Part shown: one piece after another, positions 16,820 to 25,538 of the stretch | Layout of the letters: every line of letters starts with the position of its first letter | Position numbering within the stretch: the first letter of the stretch is position 1 | Origin: Nocardiopsis sp. | Lineage (GTDB): Bacteria > Actinomycetota > Actinomycetes > Streptosporangiales > Streptosporangiaceae | NCBI GenBank assembly: GCA_021154785.1 | Contig: JAJKHX010000321.1 | Coordinates: 1-43,953, forward strand | Length of the DNA: 43,953 bases | Direction of reading: 5' to 3' | The notes under the pieces: model-generated | What the model was told of the DNA's origin: nothing | Seen by the model: only the letters and a program-made list of their open reading frames with translations | Databases searched by the model: none | Program-made: the position numbers and the translations under genes

Positions 16820-17617
16820 TTACCGGTCTCGCGGGTCGGTGAAGGCCTGGCGGAAGCGCTGGAGCGCGGTGCCGCTGTCGCCGGCCGCGAATGCTTCCAG
16901 GCCCACGACGCCGGTGTAGCCGGCCTGGTGCAGGGCCCGCGCGATGGCCGGGTAGCTGATCTCCCCGGTGCCTGGTTCGCAGCGGCCCGGGACATCGGCG
17001 ACCTGGATCTCGCCGACCCAGTCGATGCTGTCCCCGATGAGCTGGATCAGGTTCCCCTCGCCGATCTGGGCGTGATAGAGGTCGAGGTTCATCCGCAGGT
17101 TCGGGCTGCTGACGGCCTGGACCAGGGCGCGGGTGTCCGCGGCCTTGGCGAACGGCGTGCCGGGGTGGTCGACGGCGGTGTTGAGGTTCTCCAGGCAGAA
17201 CACCACGCCCTCGCGTTCGCCGAGGGCGGCGATGCGGGCGAGGGTCTTCTCCGCGGCCATCCACATGGCGCCCGTGACGTGATCTACGGGGCGCACCGGC
17301 AGCCCTTGCGGGCCCAGGCCGGTGCCGTGCAGGTTCAGGTTGGGCGTCCCGAGCTTGGCGGCGGCGGCGATGGACTCCTTCGCGGTGCGCAGCAGCGCCT
17401 CGGCGCCGTCCGGTTCGGTCAGGTTGCCCTCGATGTAGCCGGTCATGGAAGTGAACCGGGCGCCGGTGGCGGCCAGCGCGCTGAGGTCCTTGGCGGTCCA
17501 GTCCCAGATCTCGACCGCGAAGCCGAGCTCGTGGATGTGGCGCACCCGGTCCAGGATCGGCTGGCCGGTGAAGACCATCTCCGCGCAGACCGCCAGCGTG
17601 AACCCGTAGCCGCTCAT
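16820..17617 (-). CDS. hydroxypyruvate isomerase-like / xylose-isomerase-like TIM-barrel protein
   Basis: 265 aa. 'FTLAVCAEMVF...ILDRVRHIHELGFAVEIWDW', 'LNLHGTGL', 'VVFCLENLN' and 'DLYHAQIGEGNL' match the Hyi/AP-endonuclease-2 TIM-barrel pattern. GGTGGAGGGG lies upstream of the ATG. Confidence 0.85.
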   Translation of the reverse strand: MSGYGFTLAVCAEMVFTGQPILDRVRHIHELGFAVEIWDWTAKDLSALAATGARFTSMTGYIEGNLTEPDGAEALLRTAKESIAAAAKLGTPNLNLHGTGLGPQGLPVRPVDHVTGAMWMAAEKTLARIAALGEREGVVFCLENLNTAVDHPGTPFAKAADTRALVQAVSSPNLRMNLDLYHAQIGEGNLIQLIGDSIDWVGEIQVADVPGRCEPGTGEISYPAIARALHQAGYTGVVGLEAFAAGDSGTALQRFRQAFTDPRDR

Positions 17618-17775
17618 CGCCCCTCCACCTTGCCGGCCAGGACCGGGCTAGCCGTCTTGACCGGCTCGACGCAGGCTGCGACGGTGTTCATCACTGTGCT
17701 CTCATCCGGACGATGCTCCCATTCAGCCTATTACCAGAGCCCGCCTGATCAGCTGTCGGCCGCGCCGCCGGTTGG

Positions 17776-18609
17776 TCAGCGGCGCTCGTCCGGGGTCCGC
17801 TCCCCGGCCTCGATCGCCACCGGCAGGCGGTTCTCCGGCGGCGGCAGCGGGCAGGTCGCCAGGTCCGTGTAGGCGCAGGGCGGATTGACCGCGCGGTTGA
17901 AGTCCAGCACGACCTGCCCGTCCGGTCCCGGCGGACCCAGGTGCAGGACCCGGCTGGCCGCGTGGGTGGTGAACCCGGAGGTGGCGTCGGTGAACAGCAC
18001 GGTCAGGCCGCCCGGCTCGGCGCCGGGGAAGGCGGTGAGGCGCAGCCGCCGCCCGTCCAGCTCGAACTCGACCTGCCCGGGAGCGTCGTAGACGTGCCGC
18101 AGCCCGGCCGCGGCCGCGGCCACCGTGACCGCCCTCGGCTGGCTGAACGGCAGGTAGCGGCCGGTGATGACCCACCGGGGATCCGGCAGGTAGGCCGGCG
18201 TGCCAGCGAACTTCAGGCGGAGCCAGGTGTCCGGGTGGCGCGGCCGGATGATGTCGCGCCCGCCCCGTTTGGCTACTTCGATCTGGACCTCACCCCAGCG
18301 CGCGCTGACCCCGCCCCGTTCGGGGATCACCCCGAACGAGTGCCGGCCGCGCACGGTGGCACCGTCGATGACCAGTTCCTCATCGCCGACGAGCCTGACC
18401 CAGACGCCGTCCGGGCCGGTGTGCCAGGCTCCTGGGGCGTCGGTGAACCGCTGCGGTGTCCCGGTGAGCCAGTGCAGGCTGGTGATGGCGAGGAAGCCGT
18501 GCGGGTCCGACCGCCGGGCCTCGTGCCGGGCATGCCACCTCCGCCAGGCGGCCGCGAATTCGCCGGGGCTCGCCGCCTCCGGCCGTGTGGCCTGGTCCTG
18601 GACCGTCAT
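17776..18609 (-). CDS. DUF1684 domain-containing protein
   Basis: I chose the internal ATG 18609 because GGAAGGAGA lies upstream. 'FAAAWRRWHARHEARRSDPHGFLAITSLHWL', 'GRYLPF', 'LTAF' and 'FNRAVNPPCAYT...TCPLPPPENRL' match the DUF1684 pattern as I remember it. Confidence 0.8.
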   Translation of the reverse strand: MTVQDQATRPEAASPGEFAAAWRRWHARHEARRSDPHGFLAITSLHWLTGTPQRFTDAPGAWHTGPDGVWVRLVGDEELVIDGATVRGRHSFGVIPERGGVSARWGEVQIEVAKRGGRDIIRPRHPDTWLRLKFAGTPAYLPDPRWVITGRYLPFSQPRAVTVAAAAAGLRHVYDAPGQVEFELDGRRLRLTAFPGAEPGGLTVLFTDATSGFTTHAASRVLHLGPPGPDGQVVLDFNRAVNPPCAYTDLATCPLPPPENRLPVAIEAGERTPDERR

Positions 18610-18733
18610 GGCGCTCTCCTTCCCCCGCGGGATGTCAGTAGGCCGCTGCGCTGTCGCTAATGTCGATCGGAATACTAGAAAATAGAGTAACACCGAGCCC
18701 GGGCCGACCGCCATGGCCTGGAGAGGAGCTTCG

Positions 18734-19915
18734 CTAGGCGTCCAGGGCCGCTACCGCGGCCTCCACGCCGGCGCCGATGTCCGCCCGCGCGCCGAGGGAA
18801 CGCAGGGCCCGGCTGATCGCCGTGACCGCGATGACCGGGCCGAGCGGATAGGCGCCGGTGCCCATGTGGCCGATCTGCAGGACGATCCGGGCCAGGTCGC
18901 CCTGCCCGCCGGACAGCATGACGCCGGAATCCTTCCGGGCGCGCGACCGCACCTCGCGCTCGTCGATCCCGTCGGGCATCCGGACGGCGGTGACGGTATC
19001 GGAACGGACCAGCGGGTCCCGCGCCCACAGCGTCAGGCCCAGGGCCTCGGCCCCCGCCCGGGCCGCCCGGGCGGCGGCGCGGTGCCGCCGGAGTACCGCG
19101 TCGGCGCCCTCGCTGAGGTACTGCTCCAGGCACGCGTGCAAGCCGTAGACGTCGGTGACCGGCGGGGTGAACGGGAATGGCCGCCCGGCCAGGTGGGCGT
19201 CGCGCCAGTCGAGGATGGAGAGCGCCGAGCCGCGCGGTGCGGCCGGGTTGGCGGTCATGTGCGCCCAGGCGGCCTCGCTGACGTGGAGCAGGGACAGCCC
19301 GGGTGTGCCGCCCAGGCATTTCTGCGGCGCGGTCACCACCAGGCCGGCCTGCCAGGCGGTGAAATCGCAGCGGATGCCGCCGAAAGAGGAAACCGCGTCG
19401 ACGATGAGCAGCGCGCCGTGCTCGGCCACCACGGCCGAGATCGCGTCGAGATCGCTGACGGTGCCGGTGGGCGTCTCGCAGTGCACCACGCTGACCACGG
19501 TGATGTCAGGCCGTGCGCGCATGGCGTCGGCGACGCTGGTGGCCGGCACGGAGCTGTCGTAAGGCACCTCGACCTCGACCACCTCCCGGGCGTACCGGCG
19601 CGCCCATGCGCCGTAACCGCGGCCGTAGATCCCCGACACCAGGTTCAGCACCACATCCTCGGGGCCGATCAGCGAGGCCGCGGCCGCCTCCAGCCCGACC
19701 ACGGCCTCGCCCGGCAGGATGACCGGGCTTTCCCGGGTCCCGAACGCCTGCTGGAGCAGCTGCACTGTCCGCTGGTAGAGCGCACCGAAGGCCGGGTCCA
19801 GGTGATGCAGGATCGGCCGGCCGAGCGCCGCCAGGGTGGCCGCCGTCGCGCCGGCCGGACCGCCGGTCAGGTTGAAGGCCGGATCAGCGGAAGCCGGGTA
19901 ACCGGGCTGCTCCAC
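18734..19915 (-). CDS. class V aminotransferase (serine-pyruvate / alanine-glyoxylate aminotransferase-like)
   Basis: This is the C-terminal 393 aa of track ORF 18734..20893, starting at a GTG at 19915 with GAGGAGG 8 nt upstream. It has 'FNLTGGPAG...HHLDPAF', 'VVHCETPTGTVSDL', 'LIVDAVSSFGG' and 'VVTAPQKCLGG' (the PLP-Lys context SxxK/QK). The upstream 326 aa of the ORF are R/G/P-rich and lie antisense to the esterase gene. Confidence 0.85.
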   Translation of the reverse strand: MEQPGYPASADPAFNLTGGPAGATAATLAALGRPILHHLDPAFGALYQRTVQLLQQAFGTRESPVILPGEAVVGLEAAAASLIGPEDVVLNLVSGIYGRGYGAWARRYAREVVEVEVPYDSSVPATSVADAMRARPDITVVSVVHCETPTGTVSDLDAISAVVAEHGALLIVDAVSSFGGIRCDFTAWQAGLVVTAPQKCLGGTPGLSLLHVSEAAWAHMTANPAAPRGSALSILDWRDAHLAGRPFPFTPPVTDVYGLHACLEQYLSEGADAVLRRHRAAARAARAGAEALGLTLWARDPLVRSDTVTAVRMPDGIDEREVRSRARKDSGVMLSGGQGDLARIVLQIGHMGTGAYPLGPVIAVTAISRALRSLGARADIGAGVEAAVAALDA

Positions 19916-20089
19916 GTCACGAACCTCCTCGGCGGCCCGATTCCTGCTGACAAGACGGAATTTACCAACCCGGGCCGCCGCCAGCTCGCCCGCCGGGGGA
20001 CCGGCCGATAACCGGTTGCCGAGCGTGGCCGGCGCGGCGATGATGCTAGCGCGACGGCGGTCGGCGTAGGCAGGCAACGGAGGCACCCG

Positions 20090-20968
20090 ATGGCGAGTGA
20101 GCAACTGGCGGCGGTCCATGATCTGGTGCGCGGCTTCGACCTGGATGACCTGACGATCGCCGAGCGCCGTGAGGCCTTCGAAGCGGTCGCCGCGCCACCG
20201 CCGCCGGGCACGGCCGTCGAGCCGGCCGACGCCGGGGGAGTGCCGGCCGAGTGGGTGACCGCCGCGGGCGTGGACAGCGCCCGCGTGCTGATGTACCTGC
20301 ACGGCGGGGCATACCAGGTCGGCTCGCCGGCCGCGTCGCGGCGCATGATCGCGCTCATCTCGGCGGCCGCCCAGGTCCGGGTGCTCAGCGTCGGCTACCG
20401 GCTGGCGCCCGAGCACCCGTTTCCCGCCGCCGTGGACGACGCGCTGACCGCCTACCGGTTCCTCCTGGAAGGCGGCGCCGACCCGGCGGTCATCGCGATC
20501 GCGGGCGACTCGGCCGGCGGGGGCCTGACCCTCGCCACCCTGGTGGCGCTGCGTGACGCAGGCGATCCGCTGCCCGCGGCGGCGGTAGCGATATCGCCCT
20601 GGACGGACCTGGCGCTCACCAGTGAGTCGCTGGTCACCCGCGCGGACGCCGACGTGATGATCAAGCCGGACGGGATGCGCGAGGGGGTGGCGACGTACCT
20701 GGCCGGCGCGGATCCCCGCCACCCCTATGCCTCCCCGCTGTACGCCGGGTTGCACGGGCTGCCGCCGATCCTGATTCACGTCGGCGACGCTGAGGTGATC
20801 CTCGACGACTCGACCCGGTTCGCCGCGAAGGCCCGCGCCGCCGGGGTCGACGTCACGCTGGAGGTCTGGGACCAGATGCCGCACGTCTGGCATGCGTTCG
20901 CCGGCCTGCTGCCCGAGTCCGACCAGGCGATCGAGCGCATCGGCGGCTGGCTCCAGGCGCGCCGGTGA
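20090..20968 (+). CDS. alpha/beta hydrolase, hormone-sensitive-lipase-like (family IV esterase)
   Basis: 292 aa. It has the oxyanion motif 'YLHGGAY', the nucleophile 'GDSAGGGL', and 'DPL...SPW' and 'HVW H' at the C-terminus. Confidence 0.9.
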   Translation: MASEQLAAVHDLVRGFDLDDLTIAERREAFEAVAAPPPPGTAVEPADAGGVPAEWVTAAGVDSARVLMYLHGGAYQVGSPAASRRMIALISAAAQVRVLSVGYRLAPEHPFPAAVDDALTAYRFLLEGGADPAVIAIAGDSAGGGLTLATLVALRDAGDPLPAAAVAISPWTDLALTSESLVTRADADVMIKPDGMREGVATYLAGADPRHPYASPLYAGLHGLPPILIHVGDAEVILDDSTRFAAKARAAGVDVTLEVWDQMPHVWHAFAGLLPESDQAIERIGGWLQARR

Positions 20969-21047
20969 CCAGGTGAGCTAGCCATCGTGCCGGTACCGGT
21001 ACTATTCCGCTAAATACCAGGGTCGTTCGGGGGATGGCGAGGCCGTA

Positions 21048-22328
21048 GTGCGGAATGAACGATGGCTGGTCGCCGGGGCGGCCGGACTCGTGCTGGCGGG
21101 CGGGGTTGCGTACGTGGCGACGACGGGCGCGGTGCGAGCGGATCACCCGGCTGTGCACCGGCTGGCCGCCAAGGCCGCGCCGCTCGCGGCCGTGACCGTG
21201 ACGCCGGCCGACGGCGCGGCGAAGGTCACTCCCGACGCCCAGGTGCGGATCACGGCCTCCGGCGGCACGCTCACCCAGGTCACGGTGGCGTCCGGCCGCA
21301 CCGCGGTCACCGGGCAGTACGGACCGGGCAGCACGAGCTGGTCGACGCAGTGGGGGCTGCGGCCCGCCACCTCCTACACCGTCACCGCCGTGGCCACGAA
21401 CACCCAGGGCGCGGCGACGACCGAGGTCGCGCACTTCACCACGAAGAGGGCGGCTCGCACCCTCGAAGTCACCAGCATCACTCCTAATCCCGGGGAGATC
21501 GTCGGCGTCGGCATGCCGATCATGGTCGACTTCAACTACGACGTGGCCCGCTCGGACCGGGCCGCGGTGGAGCATGCCCTCGAGGTTCGCAGCCAGGCCC
21601 CGGTCACCGGCGCCTGGTTCTGGGCCTCCGGCAGCGAGGTCATCTTCCGTCCGCGGAGCTACTGGCAGGCCCATGAGCACGTGGTGCTCACCGCGCACCT
21701 GGCCGGCGTCCCCGCCGGGCCGGGCGTGTGGGGCGGGAGCGACCTGAGCCGTTCGTTCACCATCGGCGATTCGCACGTGGTCAAGGTCAACCTGAGGACC
21801 GACTACGCCCGCTTCTACATCAACGGGTCGCTGGCGAAGAAGATCCCGGTCAGCGGCGGAGCGGGCGGCTATGACTCCCACGGCAATGACTTCTACACCA
21901 CCGCCGGCATTCACCTCACTATGGGCAGCTACGACTCGGTGGTGATGACCTCGCCCAACATCAAGCCGGGCGAGGCCGGGTACTACCACGAGGTCGTCTA
22001 CCACGACGTGCAGATCTCTGACAGCGGCGAGTACCTGCACCAGAGCCCCGGCGGTTTGTGGTGCCTGGGCGTCGAGAACTGCAGCCACGGCTGCGTCCGG
22101 ATGACGGCCGACGGCGCTGACTGGTGGCAGCATACGGCTTACCGGGGCGACCCGGTGACCATCACCGGCTCGCCGCGCGTGCTCGCCTGGGACAACGGCT
22201 GGGGCTACTGGCAGCAGTCCTGGGCCGCCTGGCTGAAGGGCAGCTCGGCCGGGGCGGTCACCACCGCCGCGCTCGCGGGCCAGCCCCGCGCCGGCGATAC
22301 CGGCCGGGCCTCCGTCTTCCACGAATAG
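21048..22328 (+). CDS. L,D-transpeptidase (YkuD domain) with N-terminal membrane anchor and Ig-like domains
   Basis: 426 aa with a GTG start and the TM anchor 'WLVAGAAGLVLAGGVAYVA'. Ig-like repeats follow ('VTVTPADGAAKVTPDAQVRITASGGTLTQVTV'). The catalytic YkuD signature is '...YLHQSPGG...CSHGCVRM'. Confidence 0.9.
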   Translation: MRNERWLVAGAAGLVLAGGVAYVATTGAVRADHPAVHRLAAKAAPLAAVTVTPADGAAKVTPDAQVRITASGGTLTQVTVASGRTAVTGQYGPGSTSWSTQWGLRPATSYTVTAVATNTQGAATTEVAHFTTKRAARTLEVTSITPNPGEIVGVGMPIMVDFNYDVARSDRAAVEHALEVRSQAPVTGAWFWASGSEVIFRPRSYWQAHEHVVLTAHLAGVPAGPGVWGGSDLSRSFTIGDSHVVKVNLRTDYARFYINGSLAKKIPVSGGAGGYDSHGNDFYTTAGIHLTMGSYDSVVMTSPNIKPGEAGYYHEVVYHDVQISDSGEYLHQSPGGLWCLGVENCSHGCVRMTADGADWWQHTAYRGDPVTITGSPRVLAWDNGWGYWQQSWAAWLKGSSAGAVTTAALAGQPRAGDTGRASVFHE

Positions 22329-22343
22329 GCCGCCCGCGCCGCA

Positions 22344-23501
22344 TCACAGCCGGGCGGGCTCGGCCGGCAGCTCGGTTCCGCTGGCCGGAAGGTGAGCATA
22401 GACGGGCAGGCTCACGGTGAAGAGCGCGCCGCCGCCGGAGTGGTTGCCCGCGTCGATGCGGCCGCCGTGAAGGCGCGCGTTCTCCCAGGCGATCGCCAGG
22501 CCCAGGCCGCTGCCCTCCGACCGTGCCCGCGCGGTATCGGCCTTGTAGAACCGGTCGAAGAGGCGCGCCATGGCGGCTGGCGGCAGCCCGTCACCGTGGT
22601 CGCGCACGTCCACGGTCAGCCGCGTGCCGCCGTAGCCGTCGGGCTGGAGGCCGGCCGTCACGGTCACCGGGAGGGCGCCATGCCGCAGGGCATTGCCGAC
22701 GAGGTTGGCCAGGATAACGTCGAAGCGGCGGCGGTCCAGTCGCACGCTCAGCCCGGCGGGCACGTCAGCGGATACGTCCGTCCAGCCCCGCGCGCGCAGG
22801 CACTGGCCGACGGCGGTCGCGACGTCGGTGCCGGCGGCGACAAGCTGCGCGGTGCCGGCGTCGAAGCGGGAGATCTCGATGAGGTCCTCGACCAGCCGGT
22901 TGAGGTGGAGCACCTCCTGGTGCACCAGCCGCGCGGCCGTTGCGGCGTCGCCGGCCAGTCCCGGGTGCTCGTAGAGGATGTCGGTCACTGCGGTCATCGC
23001 CGTCAGCGGGGTCCGCAGCTCGTGGGACACATCGCCGGCGAATCGCCGGGCGCGCGCCTCCATCTGCTCCAGCTCGCCCACCTTGTCCTCCAGCGCACCG
23101 GCCATCCCGTTGAATGAGGTGACCAGCTGGGCGAGCTCGTCCCGGCCCCGCGGCTGGATCCGGACCGACAGGTCGCCGCCGGACATCCGCTGCGTGGCCC
23201 GCGCCAGCCGCCGGACGGGCAGCAGAACCCGGCGGGAAGCAGCGATGGCGGTGAAGGTGATCGTCGCGAGCAGCAACCCGGCCTCCACCCCGAAGATGAT
23301 CAGGGCGGTATGGCGCACCGGATGGGGTGCTGCCTGCCCAGGATCGGTGTGCACCAGGTTCTGCAGCCACCCCGGTCCCAGGATCACACCGTGCAGCCAG
23401 GAAGGGAGGCGATAGGCCGCTATCAGGGTGTGGAACCACGACGAGGCGATCGCTGACAGCAGCGCCACGACGATGAACGCGATGATCAGGCGGGTTCGCA
23501 C
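22344..23501 (-). CDS. sensor histidine kinase (HAMP-HisKA-HATPase_c)
   Basis: 385 aa with two TM helices. It has HAMP 'LLPVRRLARATQRMSGGDLSVR', the H-box 'FAGDVSHELRTPLTAM', the N-box 'LANLVGNALRH' and G-boxes 'DHGDGL' and 'GSGLGLAI'. It lies 40 nt downstream of the response regulator gene. Confidence 0.9.
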   Translation of the reverse strand: MRTRLIIAFIVVALLSAIASSWFHTLIAAYRLPSWLHGVILGPGWLQNLVHTDPGQAAPHPVRHTALIIFGVEAGLLLATITFTAIAASRRVLLPVRRLARATQRMSGGDLSVRIQPRGRDELAQLVTSFNGMAGALEDKVGELEQMEARARRFAGDVSHELRTPLTAMTAVTDILYEHPGLAGDAATAARLVHQEVLHLNRLVEDLIEISRFDAGTAQLVAAGTDVATAVGQCLRARGWTDVSADVPAGLSVRLDRRRFDVILANLVGNALRHGALPVTVTAGLQPDGYGGTRLTVDVRDHGDGLPPAAMARLFDRFYKADTARARSEGSGLGLAIAWENARLHGGRIDAGNHSGGGALFTVSLPVYAHLPASGTELPAEPARL

Positions 23502-23541
23502 CGGGTATTCCTCCTGCTCTCCGGCTGCACCTGCTCGTCCG

Positions 23542-24216
23542 CTACACCGGGCCGAACCGGTACCCGAAGCCCCGGACGGTCTGGATGTAGCGGGGCTCGG
23601 ACGTGTCGGTCTCGATCTTCGCCCGGAGCCGCTGCACGCACGCGTCGACCAGCCGGGAGTCTCCCAGGTAGTCGTGCTCCCACACCAGGTCGAGAAGCTG
23701 CTCCCGGGAGAACACCTGCCGGGGCGAGCCGGACAGGACCAGCAACAGCCTCAGCTCGGTCGGAGTCAGCGAGACGTCGTCGCCGGCCCGCCGGACGATC
23801 AGCGAGCTCCGGTCGATCATGAGCTCACCGTACGTCTCCGCCGGCGAGCCAGCCTGGGCCGTCCGGCGCAGCACTGCGCGGATGCGGGCGTCGAGCACGC
23901 GCGGCTGCACCGGTTTCACCACGTAGTCGTCGGCCCCGGCCTCCAGGCCTCCCACGATATCCAGGTCGTCGCTCCGTGCGGTCAGCATGATGACCGGGAT
24001 GTCGCTGCCGCGGCGTAGCCGGCGGCATACCTCGAAGCCGTCCAGTCCCGGGAGCATCACGTCGAGCACCACGACGTCCGCGGCGGCGTCGCGGACGTCG
24101 CGGAGCGCCGCCTCACCGGTCTCGGCGGCGTGCACCCCGTAGCCGAGACGCCGCAGGGCCAGCTCCAGACCTTGCCGGGCGGCCGGATCGTCTTCGACCA
24201 GCAATACGGTTGCCAT
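23542..24216 (-). CDS. OmpR/PhoB-family response regulator
   Basis: 224 aa. The receiver domain reads 'VLLVEDDPA...VVVLDVMLPGLDG...MLTARS...GADDYVVKP'. The winged-helix C-terminus reads 'LTPTELRLLLVL...VFSREQLL..VW...D.RLVDACVQRLRAKIE..P.YIQTVRGFGYRF'. Confidence 0.95.
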   Translation of the reverse strand: MATVLLVEDDPAARQGLELALRRLGYGVHAAETGEAALRDVRDAAADVVVLDVMLPGLDGFEVCRRLRRGSDIPVIMLTARSDDLDIVGGLEAGADDYVVKPVQPRVLDARIRAVLRRTAQAGSPAETYGELMIDRSSLIVRRAGDDVSLTPTELRLLLVLSGSPRQVFSREQLLDLVWEHDYLGDSRLVDACVQRLRAKIETDTSEPRYIQTVRGFGYRFGPV

Positions 24217-24336
24217 TACCTGCCATTATGTCGCCGCGCGGGCGCGGGACGGCCTCGCCTCGGGCCGCCCGCCGGGCGGCGGGCGGTGCCGCTGCCCTGA
24301 CGATGCGGCACCGATGTCATGAACCGGTCCGGGAAT

Positions 24337-24423
24337 TGTCACAACCGTGTCACAGGCGGCCCCGGTTTTCCCGCGGGCCCGACCGGGCGGGATCTCGGCT
24401 CGCGTTGTGACACGGCTGTGACC
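24337..24423. promoter_or_regulatory. four TGTnACA heptamers in two 11-bp-phased pairs (candidate response-regulator boxes) in the divergent promoter region
   Basis: The heptamers are TGTCACA (24337..24343) and TGTCACA (24348..24354), then TGTGACA (24406..24412) and TGTGACC (24417..24423). Each pair is spaced exactly 11 bp centre to centre. The second pair ends 45 nt before the carboxypeptidase ATG. Confidence 0.5.
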
Positions 24424-24467
24424 TCAGCCGGACGAACCGGCGAAATCGGCATCGCACCGTCGCGGAT

Positions 24468-25535
24468 ATGCAACCAATGAGCACCCGGTCCGCGCACGGG
24501 CCGGCCCAGACGCGAACCGGTCGCCGACGGCACCGGAGCATCCTGGCACTGCTGGCCGTACTCGCCTGCCTGGCTGGTTTCGCCGTGGTGAAGGTGACGG
24601 CATCGCCCTCGGGGCCGGCGCTGCCCCGCCCCCGGGCGGCCTCGCCCGCCGGGGCGCTGACGCCGAGCGCCGGGCTGGCCGCCCCGCGCCAGAAACTGCT
24701 GGCGGCGGTCTCGTGGCCGGCCGCCGGGGTTTCGGCCGCTGACATCAGCGGGTTCGGCGTGGTGAACGGCCCGGGCGCGACCAGGCCGGTGCCCATCGCC
24801 AGCGTCGCCAAGGTGATGACCGCGTACGTGGTCCTGCACGACCATCCCCTGTCCGCGAACGGTTCGGGTCCGGATATCGAGGTCCAGCCGGCGGAGGCAG
24901 CCGCGTATCCGTTGCAGGTTCGCGACGGCGACTCGCTGGTGCCTGTCGTGGCCGGCGAGGTGCTCACCGAGCGCCAGGCGCTGGAGGCGCTGCTGCTGCC
25001 CTCGGCCGACAACATGGCCTGGATACTCGCGCGGTGGGACGCCGGCAGCGAGGCCGCGTTCCTGGCGCGCATGAACGCTACCGCCCGCCGTCTGGGTATG
25101 ACCGGCACCAGCTACACCGACTCCTCCGGCCTGGCCTCGTCGACCGTCAGCACCGCAGCCGATCAGGTACGCCTCGGCCGGGCGGCGATGCGGGTGCCCG
25201 CGCTGGCCGCGATCGCGGCGATGCCCATGGCGGTCGTTCCCGAGGCCGGCGTGGTCCGCAACTACAACACGCTGCTGGGCCAGGACGGCATCGTCGGCCT
25301 CAAGACCGGCAGCACGCAGGCCGCCGGCGGCTGCGTTCTCATCGCGGCCTGGCAGGAGGTGAACGGACGCAAAATCCTGATCGTCACCGCCACGTTCGGA
25401 CAGCCAGGCACCGCCCAGACCATCCTGCCGAACGCATTGGCCGCTGGTCACATGCTCGTGCTCGCCCTCGATCGTGCCCTCGGCCACAACGCCCGCGCAA
25501 GCGCGCCGTCGCAGCTCCCTACGACAACCCCGTGA
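24468..25535 (+). CDS. D-alanyl-D-alanine carboxypeptidase (serine-type, peptidase S11 / low-MW PBP)
   Basis: 355 aa with the N-terminal anchor 'ILALLAVLACLAGFAVV'. All three PBP motifs are visible: SxxK 'ASVAKVMT', SxN 'LPSADNMA' and KTG 'GLKTGST'. Confidence 0.9.
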   Translation: MQPMSTRSAHGPAQTRTGRRRHRSILALLAVLACLAGFAVVKVTASPSGPALPRPRAASPAGALTPSAGLAAPRQKLLAAVSWPAAGVSAADISGFGVVNGPGATRPVPIASVAKVMTAYVVLHDHPLSANGSGPDIEVQPAEAAAYPLQVRDGDSLVPVVAGEVLTERQALEALLLPSADNMAWILARWDAGSEAAFLARMNATARRLGMTGTSYTDSSGLASSTVSTAADQVRLGRAAMRVPALAAIAAMPMAVVPEAGVVRNYNTLLGQDGIVGLKTGSTQAAGGCVLIAAWQEVNGRKILIVTATFGQPGTAQTILPNALAAGHMLVLALDRALGHNARASAPSQLPTTTP

Positions 25536-25538
25536 CGG

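Noticed and set aside
19916-20893. N-terminal 326 aa of track ORF 18734..20893
   Set aside because: This part is R/G/P/D-rich with no recognisable motif, and it lies antisense to the well-supported esterase gene 20090..20968. The aminotransferase homology begins only at the GTG at 19915, which has a strong Shine-Dalgarno.
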